Shown here: piece after piece, positions 1-8,817 of the stretch
Layout of the letters: every line of letters begins with the position of its first letter
How positions within the stretch are numbered: the stretch's first letter is position 1
Virus record (IMG/VR): IMGVR_UViG_3300021185_002720
Span: 8,149-72,148 of that record
Origin: a virus
Direction: 5' to 3' (one strand)
Length of the DNA stretch: 64,000 nt
Translations under genes and position numbers: made by a program
Notes under the pieces: model-generated
What the model was told of the DNA's origin: nothing
Seen by the model: only the letters and a program-made list of their open reading frames with translations
The model's database searches: none

Positions 1-1
1 C

Positions 2-358
2 CTTGAAGAACTCGAAGAATATAGAGAAGCTTGCGAAAGGGGCGACATTGTGGAAGTTTTGGACGCTTTGTGCGACATTGCTTATGTTTCCCTTGGGAAC
101 GGTACTATGTTACACGGCCTTAAAGATAAGATATGGCCAGCATATCAAGAGGTACAAGCTTCTAATATGTCAAAAGCTTGTGAAACTGAAGAAGAAGCCA
201 TACAGAGTGTCAGCCAAAGAAGTAAGGAGCAAGGTGAGGCCTGTCATTTTGAGAAAGTTGCGGAGGGAAGGTATATTGTCTACCGATCCAGAGATATGAA
301 AGTAATGAAATCTATTAATTACTTTAGACCGGACCTTAAACAGTTCTTTAATGATTAA
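2..358 (+). CDS. MazG-like/PRA-PH family nucleoside-triphosphate pyrophosphohydrolase (5'-truncated by the window)
   Basis: Frame is open from base 2: LEELEEYREACERGDIVEVLDALCDIAYV, the EExxE...ExxDxxxD acidic helix pair of all-alpha NTP pyrophosphatases. Confidence 0.75.
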   Translation, partial: LEELEEYREACERGDIVEVLDALCDIAYVSLGNGTMLHGLKDKIWPAYQEVQASNMSKACETEEEAIQSVSQRSKEQGEACHFEKVAEGRYIVYRSRDMKVMKSINYFRPDLKQFFND

Positions 359-566
359 TTTAGAAAAACATAAAGTTACTATTGACGGCGAGGACTACTT
401 ACCGTATAATATAGTTAAAAAAGCATATTCTGAAATTTATGAATATGATAAGAATCAAAAGAAACTTGATCATGCATTAGAACTTATTGATAACTCAGTA
501 AGAACTATGTCAACACTTTTAAATACTACAAATATAGATGATAAAGATAGCACACGAGAGCCCTAA
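351..566 (+). CDS. hypothetical protein
   Basis: ORF overlapping both neighbours in a tight operon. Confidence 0.6.
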   Translation: MINLEKHKVTIDGEDYLPYNIVKKAYSEIYEYDKNQKKLDHALELIDNSVRTMSTLLNTTNIDDKDSTREP

Positions 567-1341
567 AGGTATTTTTGAAGAAGTACAAAGATTTACAGAT
601 TACGATTATGCATTAGTACACTTGTTTGAAGAAGATGAAGAATACTTACGTCAATTTAAACAAGCAGCGCTAAAAGGTAGAGAAATAATTTTAGATAACT
701 CTATTTTTGAATTAGAAGAGGCTTTCGATGCAGATAAATTTAACAAGTGGGTTAACGAACTTAAACCTACATGGTATATAGTTCCTGATGCTTTGGAAGA
801 TGCTACTAAAACTTGCGATCAAATGGAAGACTGGAATAATAAAGGTCTTGGTTATAAAGGTAGTGGTAAGATAGGAGTAGTTCAAGGTAAAACTTATGAT
901 GAAATAGTAGATTGTTATAACTATATGAATAAATCAGCAGATGTAGACATGATTGCTATCTCTTTTGATTATTCGTATTATACACATTCTGTTCCTCATG
1001 CTAACAAGTATGTTAGCTGGATGCTAGGACGTGTTAAGCTACTAGGAGACTTACTTAGAGACGGTGTAATAAATACTACAAAGCCTCATCACTTACTAGG
1101 TTGTAGTTTACCTCAAGAATTTAGTTTCTATAAGCATTCCGATTACGATTGGATATATTCACTTGATACTTCAAATCCTGTTGTACACGGTATTAAAGGT
1201 ATAACATATAGTTCAGATGGACTATGGTCTAAAGAAAGACAGAAGTTACATGAATTAATAAATTCAGATATTGACGAGCATCAGTTAGGAACTATTAGAA
1301 ATAATATTCAAAAATTTAAATGGTACACAAATGGGAACTAA
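538..1341 (+). CDS. dpdA: TGT-fold 7-deazaguanine transglycosylase-like protein (DpdA-like)
   Basis: TGT-like motifs IILDNS, IVPD, GVVQG, HHLLG, SLDTSNP; lies in the same operon as queF and a formyltransferase. Confidence 0.65.
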   Translation: MIKIAHESPKGIFEEVQRFTDYDYALVHLFEEDEEYLRQFKQAALKGREIILDNSIFELEEAFDADKFNKWVNELKPTWYIVPDALEDATKTCDQMEDWNNKGLGYKGSGKIGVVQGKTYDEIVDCYNYMNKSADVDMIAISFDYSYYTHSVPHANKYVSWMLGRVKLLGDLLRDGVINTTKPHHLLGCSLPQEFSFYKHSDYDWIYSLDTSNPVVHGIKGITYSSDGLWSKERQKLHELINSDIDEHQLGTIRNNIQKFKWYTNGN

Positions 1342-1867
1342 AGTATGGATAGCATTTTTTAGTCAGACAGGTGCTGAAATAGCTGATATAGCAGAATCAC
1401 TAGGTAGATGGCCAGATAGGATAATTACTAATGATAGACCTGAACATCTTAGAACTATTGATGAAAGAATAGAAAAGAAAGGTTACTTCACTATGAGTAA
1501 TAAACCCTCGTTAGATGAATATGAAGATACCTTAGTATACTTTCCAGAAGCATTGGTCACTTTACATGGATGGCTTAGAATAATGCCTCCTGAGATTTGT
1601 GAAAGATTTAATATAATTAATGGTCACCCAGGCCTTATAACCGAGTATCCAGAGCTTAAAGGTAAAGATCCTCAAATAAGAGCTTTTGAAGGAAAGTACC
1701 CAGTTGTTGGCACAGTATTACATAGAGTAGTAGCAGGTGTAGATGAAGGAAAAGTAATTTCTGAAGAGAGATTTAATAATTTTAATTTGGAGCTTAATGA
1801 TTTATTTCGTATCTTAAGAGATAGAGGGTTATATATGTGGTGTAACTTCCTAAAAACGGTTTTATGA
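1331..1867 (+). CDS. dpdN: PurN-like formyltransferase, probable preQ1 formyltransferase (DpdN-like)
   Basis: Formyltransferase motifs LHGWLRIMP, INGHPGL..YP.LKG, GTVLHRV..GVDEG; sits between the DpdA-like gene and queF. Confidence 0.65.
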   Translation: MGTKVWIAFFSQTGAEIADIAESLGRWPDRIITNDRPEHLRTIDERIEKKGYFTMSNKPSLDEYEDTLVYFPEALVTLHGWLRIMPPEICERFNIINGHPGLITEYPELKGKDPQIRAFEGKYPVVGTVLHRVVAGVDEGKVISEERFNNFNLELNDLFRILRDRGLYMWCNFLKTVL

Positions 1868-2385
1868 TAAAAAGAATAGCATTAGTAGGAGCAAGTAGTA
1901 CAGGTAAGACTACTGTTTATGAACTACTTAAAAATAAATTACCTAAGTATGAGTTTGTTAATGAATCTACTAGAACAGTAGGTAGTTACGGATTTCCTAT
2001 TAATGAAGAAGGAACCGATGCTACTCAATTAGCTATTAGTAGTTTTCATTTGGAAGCTTTACTTCAACCTTATAACTTAGTATTAGATAGATGTTATATG
2101 GATGTTTTAGTTTACTCTAGATTTATGAAAGGAGTAACTACATATACGAACGATTATATAGAAGATACTTGGAATAGAATAAAGAGCGAATATACTCATT
2201 ATGTTTACTTCCCTATTGAATTCGATTCAGTAGACGATGGAGTTAGAAGTGTAGATGAACAATGGAGAAAGGAAATAGATAGTGAGTTTAAAGCTGTTCT
2301 TGAAGGTGTACGTCAACCTTATTTGACGATAACTGGTTCCCCTATGCAAAGGGTAGAACAAATTTTAGATTTTATAAATGTTTAG
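1864..2385 (+). CDS. P-loop nucleoside/nucleotide kinase-like protein (AAA_28/NadR-like)
   Basis: Walker A GASSTGKTT, LDRC..D, DDGVR. Confidence 0.75.
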   Translation: MIKRIALVGASSTGKTTVYELLKNKLPKYEFVNESTRTVGSYGFPINEEGTDATQLAISSFHLEALLQPYNLVLDRCYMDVLVYSRFMKGVTTYTNDYIEDTWNRIKSEYTHYVYFPIEFDSVDDGVRSVDEQWRKEIDSEFKAVLEGVRQPYLTITGSPMQRVEQILDFINV

Positions 2386-2749
2386 ATACGGAGCAAAATT
2401 ATTAAGAGTAGTTGATGGTGACACAGCAGATGTTATGATCGACTTAGGATTCAGTACTTGGGTTAAAGCAAGGCTTAGATTCAAAGGTGTAGATACCTGG
2501 GAAAAGAGAACTAGAAATTTAGAAGAAAAAGCTAAAGGTATATTAGCTTCTGAATTTACAAAAAAACACTTAGAGCTAAATGATGGTAAGTTTATCATTC
2601 AGTCCTACGGTAAAGGTAAGTATGGAAGAGTACTTGCAGAGATTTTTATTGATCTCGATGGAGAAGAAACCTCTTTAAATAAACTATTAGTAGAAAACGG
2701 TCACGCTTATGTTTACGAAGGTGGCAAAAAACAATTATTTAAAGGATAA
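2378..2749 (+). CDS. thermonuclease (SNase) family protein
   Basis: RVVDGDT, RLRFKGVDT, KYGRVLA, LNKLLVENGHA. Confidence 0.85.
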   Translation: MFRYGAKLLRVVDGDTADVMIDLGFSTWVKARLRFKGVDTWEKRTRNLEEKAKGILASEFTKKHLELNDGKFIIQSYGKGKYGRVLAEIFIDLDGEETSLNKLLVENGHAYVYEGGKKQLFKG

Positions 2750-2753
2750 AAAT

Positions 2754-3665
2754 ATGGCAGAAGTTAAAAATTATCAAGAAGTAGTAGACATTGCGTCTAA
2801 ACACTTAGGAAAAGTAGGCGGTGATGGGTATAAAGATACCTACGCACCAGAGTTATTAGTTAAAGTACCTCGTTATTTGAATAGAGAAGGATACGGATTA
2901 ACTGATAAAGATTTTGTAGGAGTAGATACTTGGAACTGTTACGAAGTATCAGCTATTACTAAAAAAGGATTACCTGTAGCAGGTATGTTAAAAATTGTAT
3001 GTCCTTCAGATTCTGAATATCACGTAGAATCTAAGTCTATTAAGTTGTACCTAAATTCTTTTAATATGACTAGATTAGGAGAAACTTCTGTAGATTGTAT
3101 TTTAGAGATTGAAGAAAGAGTAAAAACTGATTTAGATAAGTTACTTGAAACTAATACTACTGTAAGCTTTTACACTGATTTAGACGACGGTAAAGAATTA
3201 TCTTTTGAAGGATATGAAGATTTAGGAGATATAGTAGATTTAGATCAAATAGATTTTACAGCTTTTCAGTCTGATGCTTCTCAATTACTTATAGAAGATA
3301 CCTCAGAAACCCCTAAAGAAGTAAAATTAAGATCTAACTTATTAAGATCTAACTGTAGAGTAACTAATCAACCAGATTGGGGTGATGTATTTATTAGAAT
3401 GAACGGTAAAAATTTACCTGCAGTAGATTCGGTAGCAAAATATATCGTATCTCATAGAACCGTTAGTCACTTTCATGAAGAGATTTGCGAAATGGTATTT
3501 AAGCATTTAATGGATGCATATCAACCTGATGATTTAATGGTATCATGCTTATATACTAGAAGAGGAGGATTAGATATAAATCCTATTAGAGCAACTCACT
3601 CAAGGTTCATTCCTGACTTCTTTACTGATACAGATTATAGAATTCAAAAAACATTAAGACAGTAA
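2754..3665 (+). CDS. queF: 7-cyano-7-deazaguanine (preQ0) reductase, bimodular QueF
   Basis: DTWNCYEVS, VESKSIKLYLNSF, RSNCRVTNQPDWG, FHEEICE, YTRRGGLDINP; start taken at ATG 2754. Confidence 0.92.
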   Translation: MAEVKNYQEVVDIASKHLGKVGGDGYKDTYAPELLVKVPRYLNREGYGLTDKDFVGVDTWNCYEVSAITKKGLPVAGMLKIVCPSDSEYHVESKSIKLYLNSFNMTRLGETSVDCILEIEERVKTDLDKLLETNTTVSFYTDLDDGKELSFEGYEDLGDIVDLDQIDFTAFQSDASQLLIEDTSETPKEVKLRSNLLRSNCRVTNQPDWGDVFIRMNGKNLPAVDSVAKYIVSHRTVSHFHEEICEMVFKHLMDAYQPDDLMVSCLYTRRGGLDINPIRATHSRFIPDFFTDTDYRIQKTLRQ

Positions 3666-3925
3666 TGGCTGAAATTATAATTGAAGAAGAAAAAGAGTTA
3701 ATTGCTAAAAGAAAAGCACCCGGTGATAATTGGATTCTGGAAAGAGATCAATCTACCGTTGTAGAGGGATTGGTTATGGCATTAACTATGTACATGAGAG
3801 CAACTAAATTCAAAGGTGAATACAGATTAGCTCCTTTAGACGGTAAACTTTATGCTATTAAAAAACATGAAATTGAAATCGAAGAAGAAGAACCAATGAA
3901 ATTTGACCTGTACGGGGAATACTAA
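3665..3925 (+). CDS. hypothetical protein
   Basis: Coupled ORF (TAATG junctions on both sides). Confidence 0.6.
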   Translation: MAEIIIEEEKELIAKRKAPGDNWILERDQSTVVEGLVMALTMYMRATKFKGEYRLAPLDGKLYAIKKHEIEIEEEEPMKFDLYGEY

Positions 3926-4503
3926 TGTCCAGACTGTTAAAGAAGTACTCACTTAAATACCAATACTTACAACTTGAATTAGAAGATACTCAAGAAGAGT
4001 ATGATTTACAAGAAGTAGAGTGGAAAGAGATATTTGGAAAGTACTTTAATAACATTAAAACTGAAATGTGGGTTAATCAAGAAACTGGAGAGATGCGAGA
4101 TAAACCTCCCGGTGAAGAAGAAAAAAAGAAGTCGAAAGAGAAAGCATCTAAAGTAAAGAAACTGTATCGTTCGGCTTCTAAAATAGCCCATCCAGACAGA
4201 GGAGGAAGTGAAGAGGAATTTAACAACTTAAAAAACTGTTATGAAAGTAACGACTTATTAGGGCTCATATCCTATGCTTCTGAAAAAGATATTCCTTTTG
4301 AAGTTGAGGAAGAAGATAGAGAGTTATTAGAATTAAGTTGTAAATCTGTACAAGGAAATATTCGTAAACTTCGTACATCATTAATTTGGAATTTTTTTAA
4401 CGGTGATACCCAAATGAAAACTAGGGTTATTGCTCAATTAGAATTAGAGCATAAAATTAAGATAGACTCTGCAGAGATACTCAAGGAACTTTCTAACAAA
4501 TAA
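3925..4503 (+). CDS. J-domain-containing protein
   Basis: KKLYRSASKIAHPDRGGSEEEFNNL contains the HPD motif. Confidence 0.7.
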   Translation: MSRLLKKYSLKYQYLQLELEDTQEEYDLQEVEWKEIFGKYFNNIKTEMWVNQETGEMRDKPPGEEEKKKSKEKASKVKKLYRSASKIAHPDRGGSEEEFNNLKNCYESNDLLGLISYASEKDIPFEVEEEDRELLELSCKSVQGNIRKLRTSLIWNFFNGDTQMKTRVIAQLELEHKIKIDSAEILKELSNK

Positions 4504-4563
4504 GTTGCTTCCCTGCATATTTTTTCTTATATTTAGTTATAAATAATTAGTAAAATAAAGGTT
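4503..4563 (+). promoter_or_regulatory. class I (early-type) promoter repeat AGTTG-N20-TATATTTA...AAAGGTTATG
   Basis: Motif recurs more than 15 times upstream of genes with near-constant spacing. Confidence 0.7.
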
Positions 4564-5040
4564 ATGGCGTATTACAATAATTACGAAGACGAGCGAAGAC
4601 AGAAAGCTTGGTTGGTCGATTTCATTCTAAAGATTACCAATAGAGAAAATGACGAAATACTTTCTAAAGTACTTTGGGATGTAGAAGTAGGAACATTAGC
4701 TGAAATGTTCTTTAAAAGAAAGTATAATTTACTTTCCAGCCTTACAGGTGATTATGAAGATTTTGCAAATGGTGATGATTCTAAAACGGGTACTGATCAA
4801 GATTATCAGGAGACCCATAATATGTTCCCATCTTCATATAGAATATTTTTTAGAAAATGTGGGAAAAAACACGGTGATATCAGAGGATTAGCTTTTAATA
4901 GAAGAGCAAACAGAATTGATGAATTTCATGTACCAAAAGGTTGTTTTCCTGATAATATTTCCATATCTTATAAGAAAGGAAGTAATGAAGTGTTTGGTAA
5001 ATATAAAGATAATTTAGTAAGAAGTTATATATGGGAATAG
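4564..5040 (+). CDS. hypothetical protein, possibly PD-(D/E)xK-like nuclease
   Basis: The ORF is clear; AE...DF.NGDDSK pattern only weakly suggests a nuclease. Confidence 0.5.
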   Translation: MAYYNNYEDERRQKAWLVDFILKITNRENDEILSKVLWDVEVGTLAEMFFKRKYNLLSSLTGDYEDFANGDDSKTGTDQDYQETHNMFPSSYRIFFRKCGKKHGDIRGLAFNRRANRIDEFHVPKGCFPDNISISYKKGSNEVFGKYKDNLVRSYIWE

Positions 5041-7418
5041 AAAAAAAGTATTATACAGTCCAAGACTCAGAGACTTTAAAGTTAATGTTTCAACACATAC
5101 AAGAGTCAGAAGTGATAGCAGTCGATACTGAAACGACTGGACTTAATCCTAGGAAAGATAAAATTATTGGATGGTCTATATCCGGTGATGAAGGTATAGG
5201 TTTTTACCTACCTACTTTAGTATTTGATTATGAGAAAGATGAGTTAGTTCTTCAAACTATTGATGATACTTCTACAGAGCTTTTATCAAGAAACCTACTT
5301 AAAGGGTTACTAGGAAAAAAACTTGTATTCCATAACGCTTCGTTTGACGTTCAGTTTATTAAAAATTACTTCGGTGTAGACTTACTTCCTGACGTATGGG
5401 TTGATACTGGACTACTTGTTCATACTGTTTATGAAGAAGGTGCTTTTGGTTTCGGTAATCCTTTTGGACTAAAGTCCATAGCGATAATGAACCAAAAGGC
5501 TCTAGGGCTTGATGTAGAAAAAGCTGCTAATGAAGAACAAGTTGAACTAAAAGAAAGTATTAAAAAGAATGGAGGATCCGTCACTAAAGAAAGCTTTCAG
5601 ATCTATAAAGCTGATCTGGATATTCTTAGTAAGTATGCTTCTGCTGATACCGACCTTACTCTACGTATATGTAATTTATACTTGGGAAAACTTAAAGAGG
5701 AAGGATTAGAGAAGTTTTTCTTTGAAGATGAGGTTATGCCTATCTACAGAGAAGTAACTGTGCCTATGGAAGCACAGGGAGTAGATTTAGATGTAGAGTT
5801 AATTGAAAGGATACATACTGAAATTACTGAAGATCAAGCTAAAAATAAAGAGATAGTAATGAAATCTTTACTTGACGTACCTGAGGTTAAAGCCTGGGTA
5901 GTAGATACTGCTACAGATGCTTATCCTCCGTCTCATAAAGGTAACTTTGCTCAACGACTAGTACAGCGTTATTCTCTTCCTTTACCTAAATCTGATAAAA
6001 CTGGTAAGTACTCTCTTACTCAGAAGAATATAGAAGAGTTAGAGGATTCTAAGATTAAGGAATTCTTACTTACAGGTGATTTAGAGTTAATAAACGAAGT
6101 AGAGAGAGCTAGGATATCTATGTCGCTATGGAAAGAGTCTAATGACGGTGAATACCTTAATATACAGTCTAAGAAACACTTAGGTGAGATTGTATTTAAG
6201 TACATGGGAATTAAACCTAAAGTATCAGGAGCTAATACTAAATCTGGTAGAGATAAATTTGATATGTCTATGGTAGAAGAGCTAGCAAAGACGTACCCTT
6301 GGGCTGAGAACTTACGTATATATAATAAGTTACTTAAGATAAAATCTACTTACGTAGACAGGTTTAGAGACCGTCAGGAAGACGGTAGATACTATTTCTA
6401 CTTCAAGCAAAATGGTACTGTATCTGGTCGATACGGTTCTGATGCTCAACAGTTACCGAAGCCCCTAGAAGAAGGAGAAGATGCTCCTGTAATCATGAAG
6501 TATGTGAATATAGTTAGAGAGTTCTTAGTTGCCGGACCTGGTAGAAAGGTTATTGATGCGGATTACGAATCTCTAGAACCTCACTGCTTTGCTAGCGTTA
6601 CAGGAGATAAAGCTCTTCAAGAGATCTTTAATAAAGGATGGGACTTCTATTCTACTGTAGCTATAAAAACTGAGAAGCTAAACGAGCAAAGAGATAGATT
6701 CCCTAACGGAGTCTCAGCTGATAAAAAAGCTGATAACTACCTTAAGAAGTTAGAACCTGTTGCTCGTAATAAAGCTAAAGCTTACTCATTAGGTATTGCA
6801 TACGGTATGGAAGCATATGCTCTTAAAATGACTTTAGATGTAGATCAAAAGACTGCTGAAGGACTTATTAAAGGTTACTTAGATGGTTTTCCTGAACTAG
6901 CAGCATGGAGAGAAAGATCAAGAGAAATGGTTAAGGCTTACGGTAAGATAGAAAACTATGTAGGACGTGTACGTCACTTACCTAAAGTTAAACGTATATA
7001 TGAGCAGGTTGGAGATCGTATGATGGATTGGAGATATAGAAAGCAACTAGAAACTCAGATACCTACTAAAACTAATCCAAAGACTGGTAAAATAATATCT
7101 CCTAGAGATCAAGTAACTCAAGCGTATAGAGATTATCGTAACGGACTTAATAACTGTCTTAACTTTCAATTGCAGTCATTAGCAGCTGCAGTAGTGAATA
7201 GAGCAGCTCTTGTTATTAACCGTAAAGCTAAAGAGTTAGGTATCGATGCTATATGCCAGGCACAGGTTCATGATCAATTGATAATTAACGTAGCTGAAAA
7301 AGATGCTGAAAGATTTGCTCCTTACGTTCAAGAGATAATGGAGAATACAACTAAACTACCTGGAGTAACTTTGAAAGCTCCACCAGAGATTGCTAATAAT
7401 TGGTCAGAAGGACATTAA
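5031..7418 (+). CDS. polA: family A DNA polymerase with 3'-5' exonuclease
   Basis: Exonuclease motifs DTETTG, HNASFD, YASAD; polymerase motifs TVSGR, DADYESLE, RNKAKAYSLGIAYG, VHDQL. Confidence 0.93.
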   Translation: MGIEKKYYTVQDSETLKLMFQHIQESEVIAVDTETTGLNPRKDKIIGWSISGDEGIGFYLPTLVFDYEKDELVLQTIDDTSTELLSRNLLKGLLGKKLVFHNASFDVQFIKNYFGVDLLPDVWVDTGLLVHTVYEEGAFGFGNPFGLKSIAIMNQKALGLDVEKAANEEQVELKESIKKNGGSVTKESFQIYKADLDILSKYASADTDLTLRICNLYLGKLKEEGLEKFFFEDEVMPIYREVTVPMEAQGVDLDVELIERIHTEITEDQAKNKEIVMKSLLDVPEVKAWVVDTATDAYPPSHKGNFAQRLVQRYSLPLPKSDKTGKYSLTQKNIEELEDSKIKEFLLTGDLELINEVERARISMSLWKESNDGEYLNIQSKKHLGEIVFKYMGIKPKVSGANTKSGRDKFDMSMVEELAKTYPWAENLRIYNKLLKIKSTYVDRFRDRQEDGRYYFYFKQNGTVSGRYGSDAQQLPKPLEEGEDAPVIMKYVNIVREFLVAGPGRKVIDADYESLEPHCFASVTGDKALQEIFNKGWDFYSTVAIKTEKLNEQRDRFPNGVSADKKADNYLKKLEPVARNKAKAYSLGIAYGMEAYALKMTLDVDQKTAEGLIKGYLDGFPELAAWRERSREMVKAYGKIENYVGRVRHLPKVKRIYEQVGDRMMDWRYRKQLETQIPTKTNPKTGKIISPRDQVTQAYRDYRNGLNNCLNFQLQSLAAAVVNRAALVINRKAKELGIDAICQAQVHDQLIINVAEKDAERFAPYVQEIMENTTKLPGVTLKAPPEIANNWSEGH

Positions 7419-7948
7419 TGGAAGGTATACTTATTATATCAGGTCCTAGAACTGGCAGTACTTATCTCGGTAACGAATTAAGTAAAAATTATGACTTTAA
7501 GTTCATTAGTGAACCAAGAGAGATAAAACATTTAAAGAAGGCTAAATGTATTAAATTAATACCTTTCAAAACTGTTGATTATACGTTAGATGATATAGTA
7601 GATTTTAGTAAGCGGTTTAGTAATATTATTTTACTACAACGTAAAGATAAAATTGCTCAAGCAGAATCTTGGCAAGCGCTACACGGAATGAAATACCTAA
7701 AACAAGGAGATCATTTGAAATGGCAAGCAGGAACTATAGAACCTAAATACCCTTTAGAGTTTTATGTTGATAAAGTAAAGTACTTAGATGAGAAAATAGA
7801 ATGGTTATCGGAAAAACTAAATATTCCAATCTCATTTTATGAGGATATATTCTATAAAGGTAAAGTACCTTACGATTTAATTTTTAAACCAGATCTAAGT
7901 AAGAGACTTAGACAAGAACAGAAAAAGAAAAAACAACGATATTTATAA
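7418..7948 (+). CDS. sulfotransferase-like protein
   Basis: 5'-PSB loop SGPRTGSTYL, LLQRKD...QAES, FYEDI. Confidence 0.65.
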   Translation: MEGILIISGPRTGSTYLGNELSKNYDFKFISEPREIKHLKKAKCIKLIPFKTVDYTLDDIVDFSKRFSNIILLQRKDKIAQAESWQALHGMKYLKQGDHLKWQAGTIEPKYPLEFYVDKVKYLDEKIEWLSEKLNIPISFYEDIFYKGKVPYDLIFKPDLSKRLRQEQKKKKQRYL

Positions 7949-8023
7949 TAAATGAGAAACAGCCCAGAGCGTTTTAATTTTTTTTTAACCCGACGATCTT
8001 AGGACGTCACAAATTTAAATGAT

Positions 8024-8443
8024 ATGAGTACATTAAGAAATGTAATATATGAACGTAATCCGTTCGACATCTTAGTCAGGAACTTCCTGCAAACAGCTAA
8101 CAGGTACCAACCCTTAGCAGAATCCAAATTACCTCACCCAGTAGATATTTACGAAAGAGACAACGGTCTAGGCCTCGATATAGCTTGTACCGGAATTTCT
8201 AAAGAAGATATCCAAATCCTCGTTGAGGGTAATATAATCAGAGTAAATTACGATAAACCAAAAGAAGAAGACTTAGGCGAATATATCCATAGGGGTATTG
8301 CTAAAAGATCATTCAACTTAGGTTGGAAAATAGATAGTAAGTTTGATTTAGGCAAAGCTTCGGCTGAGTTTATAAACGGACTATTGCAAGTTACTATACC
8401 TTTTGCTAAAGGTTCAGAGCCAAAAACTTTGAAAATTAGCTAA
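8024..8443 (+). CDS. small heat shock protein Hsp20
   Basis: PVDIYE, YIHRGIAKRSF, AEFINGLLQVTIP. Confidence 0.9.
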   Translation: MSTLRNVIYERNPFDILVRNFLQTANRYQPLAESKLPHPVDIYERDNGLGLDIACTGISKEDIQILVEGNIIRVNYDKPKEEDLGEYIHRGIAKRSFNLGWKIDSKFDLGKASAEFINGLLQVTIPFAKGSEPKTLKIS

Positions 8444-8507
8444 ATAAACCAGCTCTGGGTTTGTTTTTCAAATAAAAGTTCTTATATTAATATAAATAAA
8501 AAGATTT

Positions 8508-8816
8508 ATGTCAAAACAGTTATTACCAACAAATGATAGAATACTCCTTAAGCCGATCGACGAAGGAGAACAAACTTACGGAAATATTGTCATACCGGAT
8601 ATGGGTAAAGAAAAACCTGAAATGGGTGAAGTATTGGCCATTGGTCCAGGAAGACAATCCGAATTAGATCCACAAAAAGTTATTAGCGTTAGATCCTGTA
8701 AAGTAGGTGACGTAGTTTTAGTACCTAAAATTGGTACATTACGTATTGACTTTGAAGGAGATGAATACTACATCGCACAAGATAGAGAAATTTTAGCAGT
8801 TATAAAAGAAGCATAA
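8508..8816 (+). CDS. groES: co-chaperonin GroES
   Basis: PTNDRILLKP, GNIVIPD..KEKP..GEVLAIGPG, VGDVVL, REILAV. Confidence 0.93.
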   Translation: MSKQLLPTNDRILLKPIDEGEQTYGNIVIPDMGKEKPEMGEVLAIGPGRQSELDPQKVISVRSCKVGDVVLVPKIGTLRIDFEGDEYYIAQDREILAVIKEA

Positions 8817-8817
8817 T

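Noticed and set aside
3-299. 98-aa + strand ORF in the track
   Set aside because: It is an alternative frame over the MazG-like gene, which carries the recognisable motif.
7950-8510. CIRCE operator upstream of hsp20/groES
   Set aside because: No TTAGCACTC-N9-GAGTGCTAA is present.
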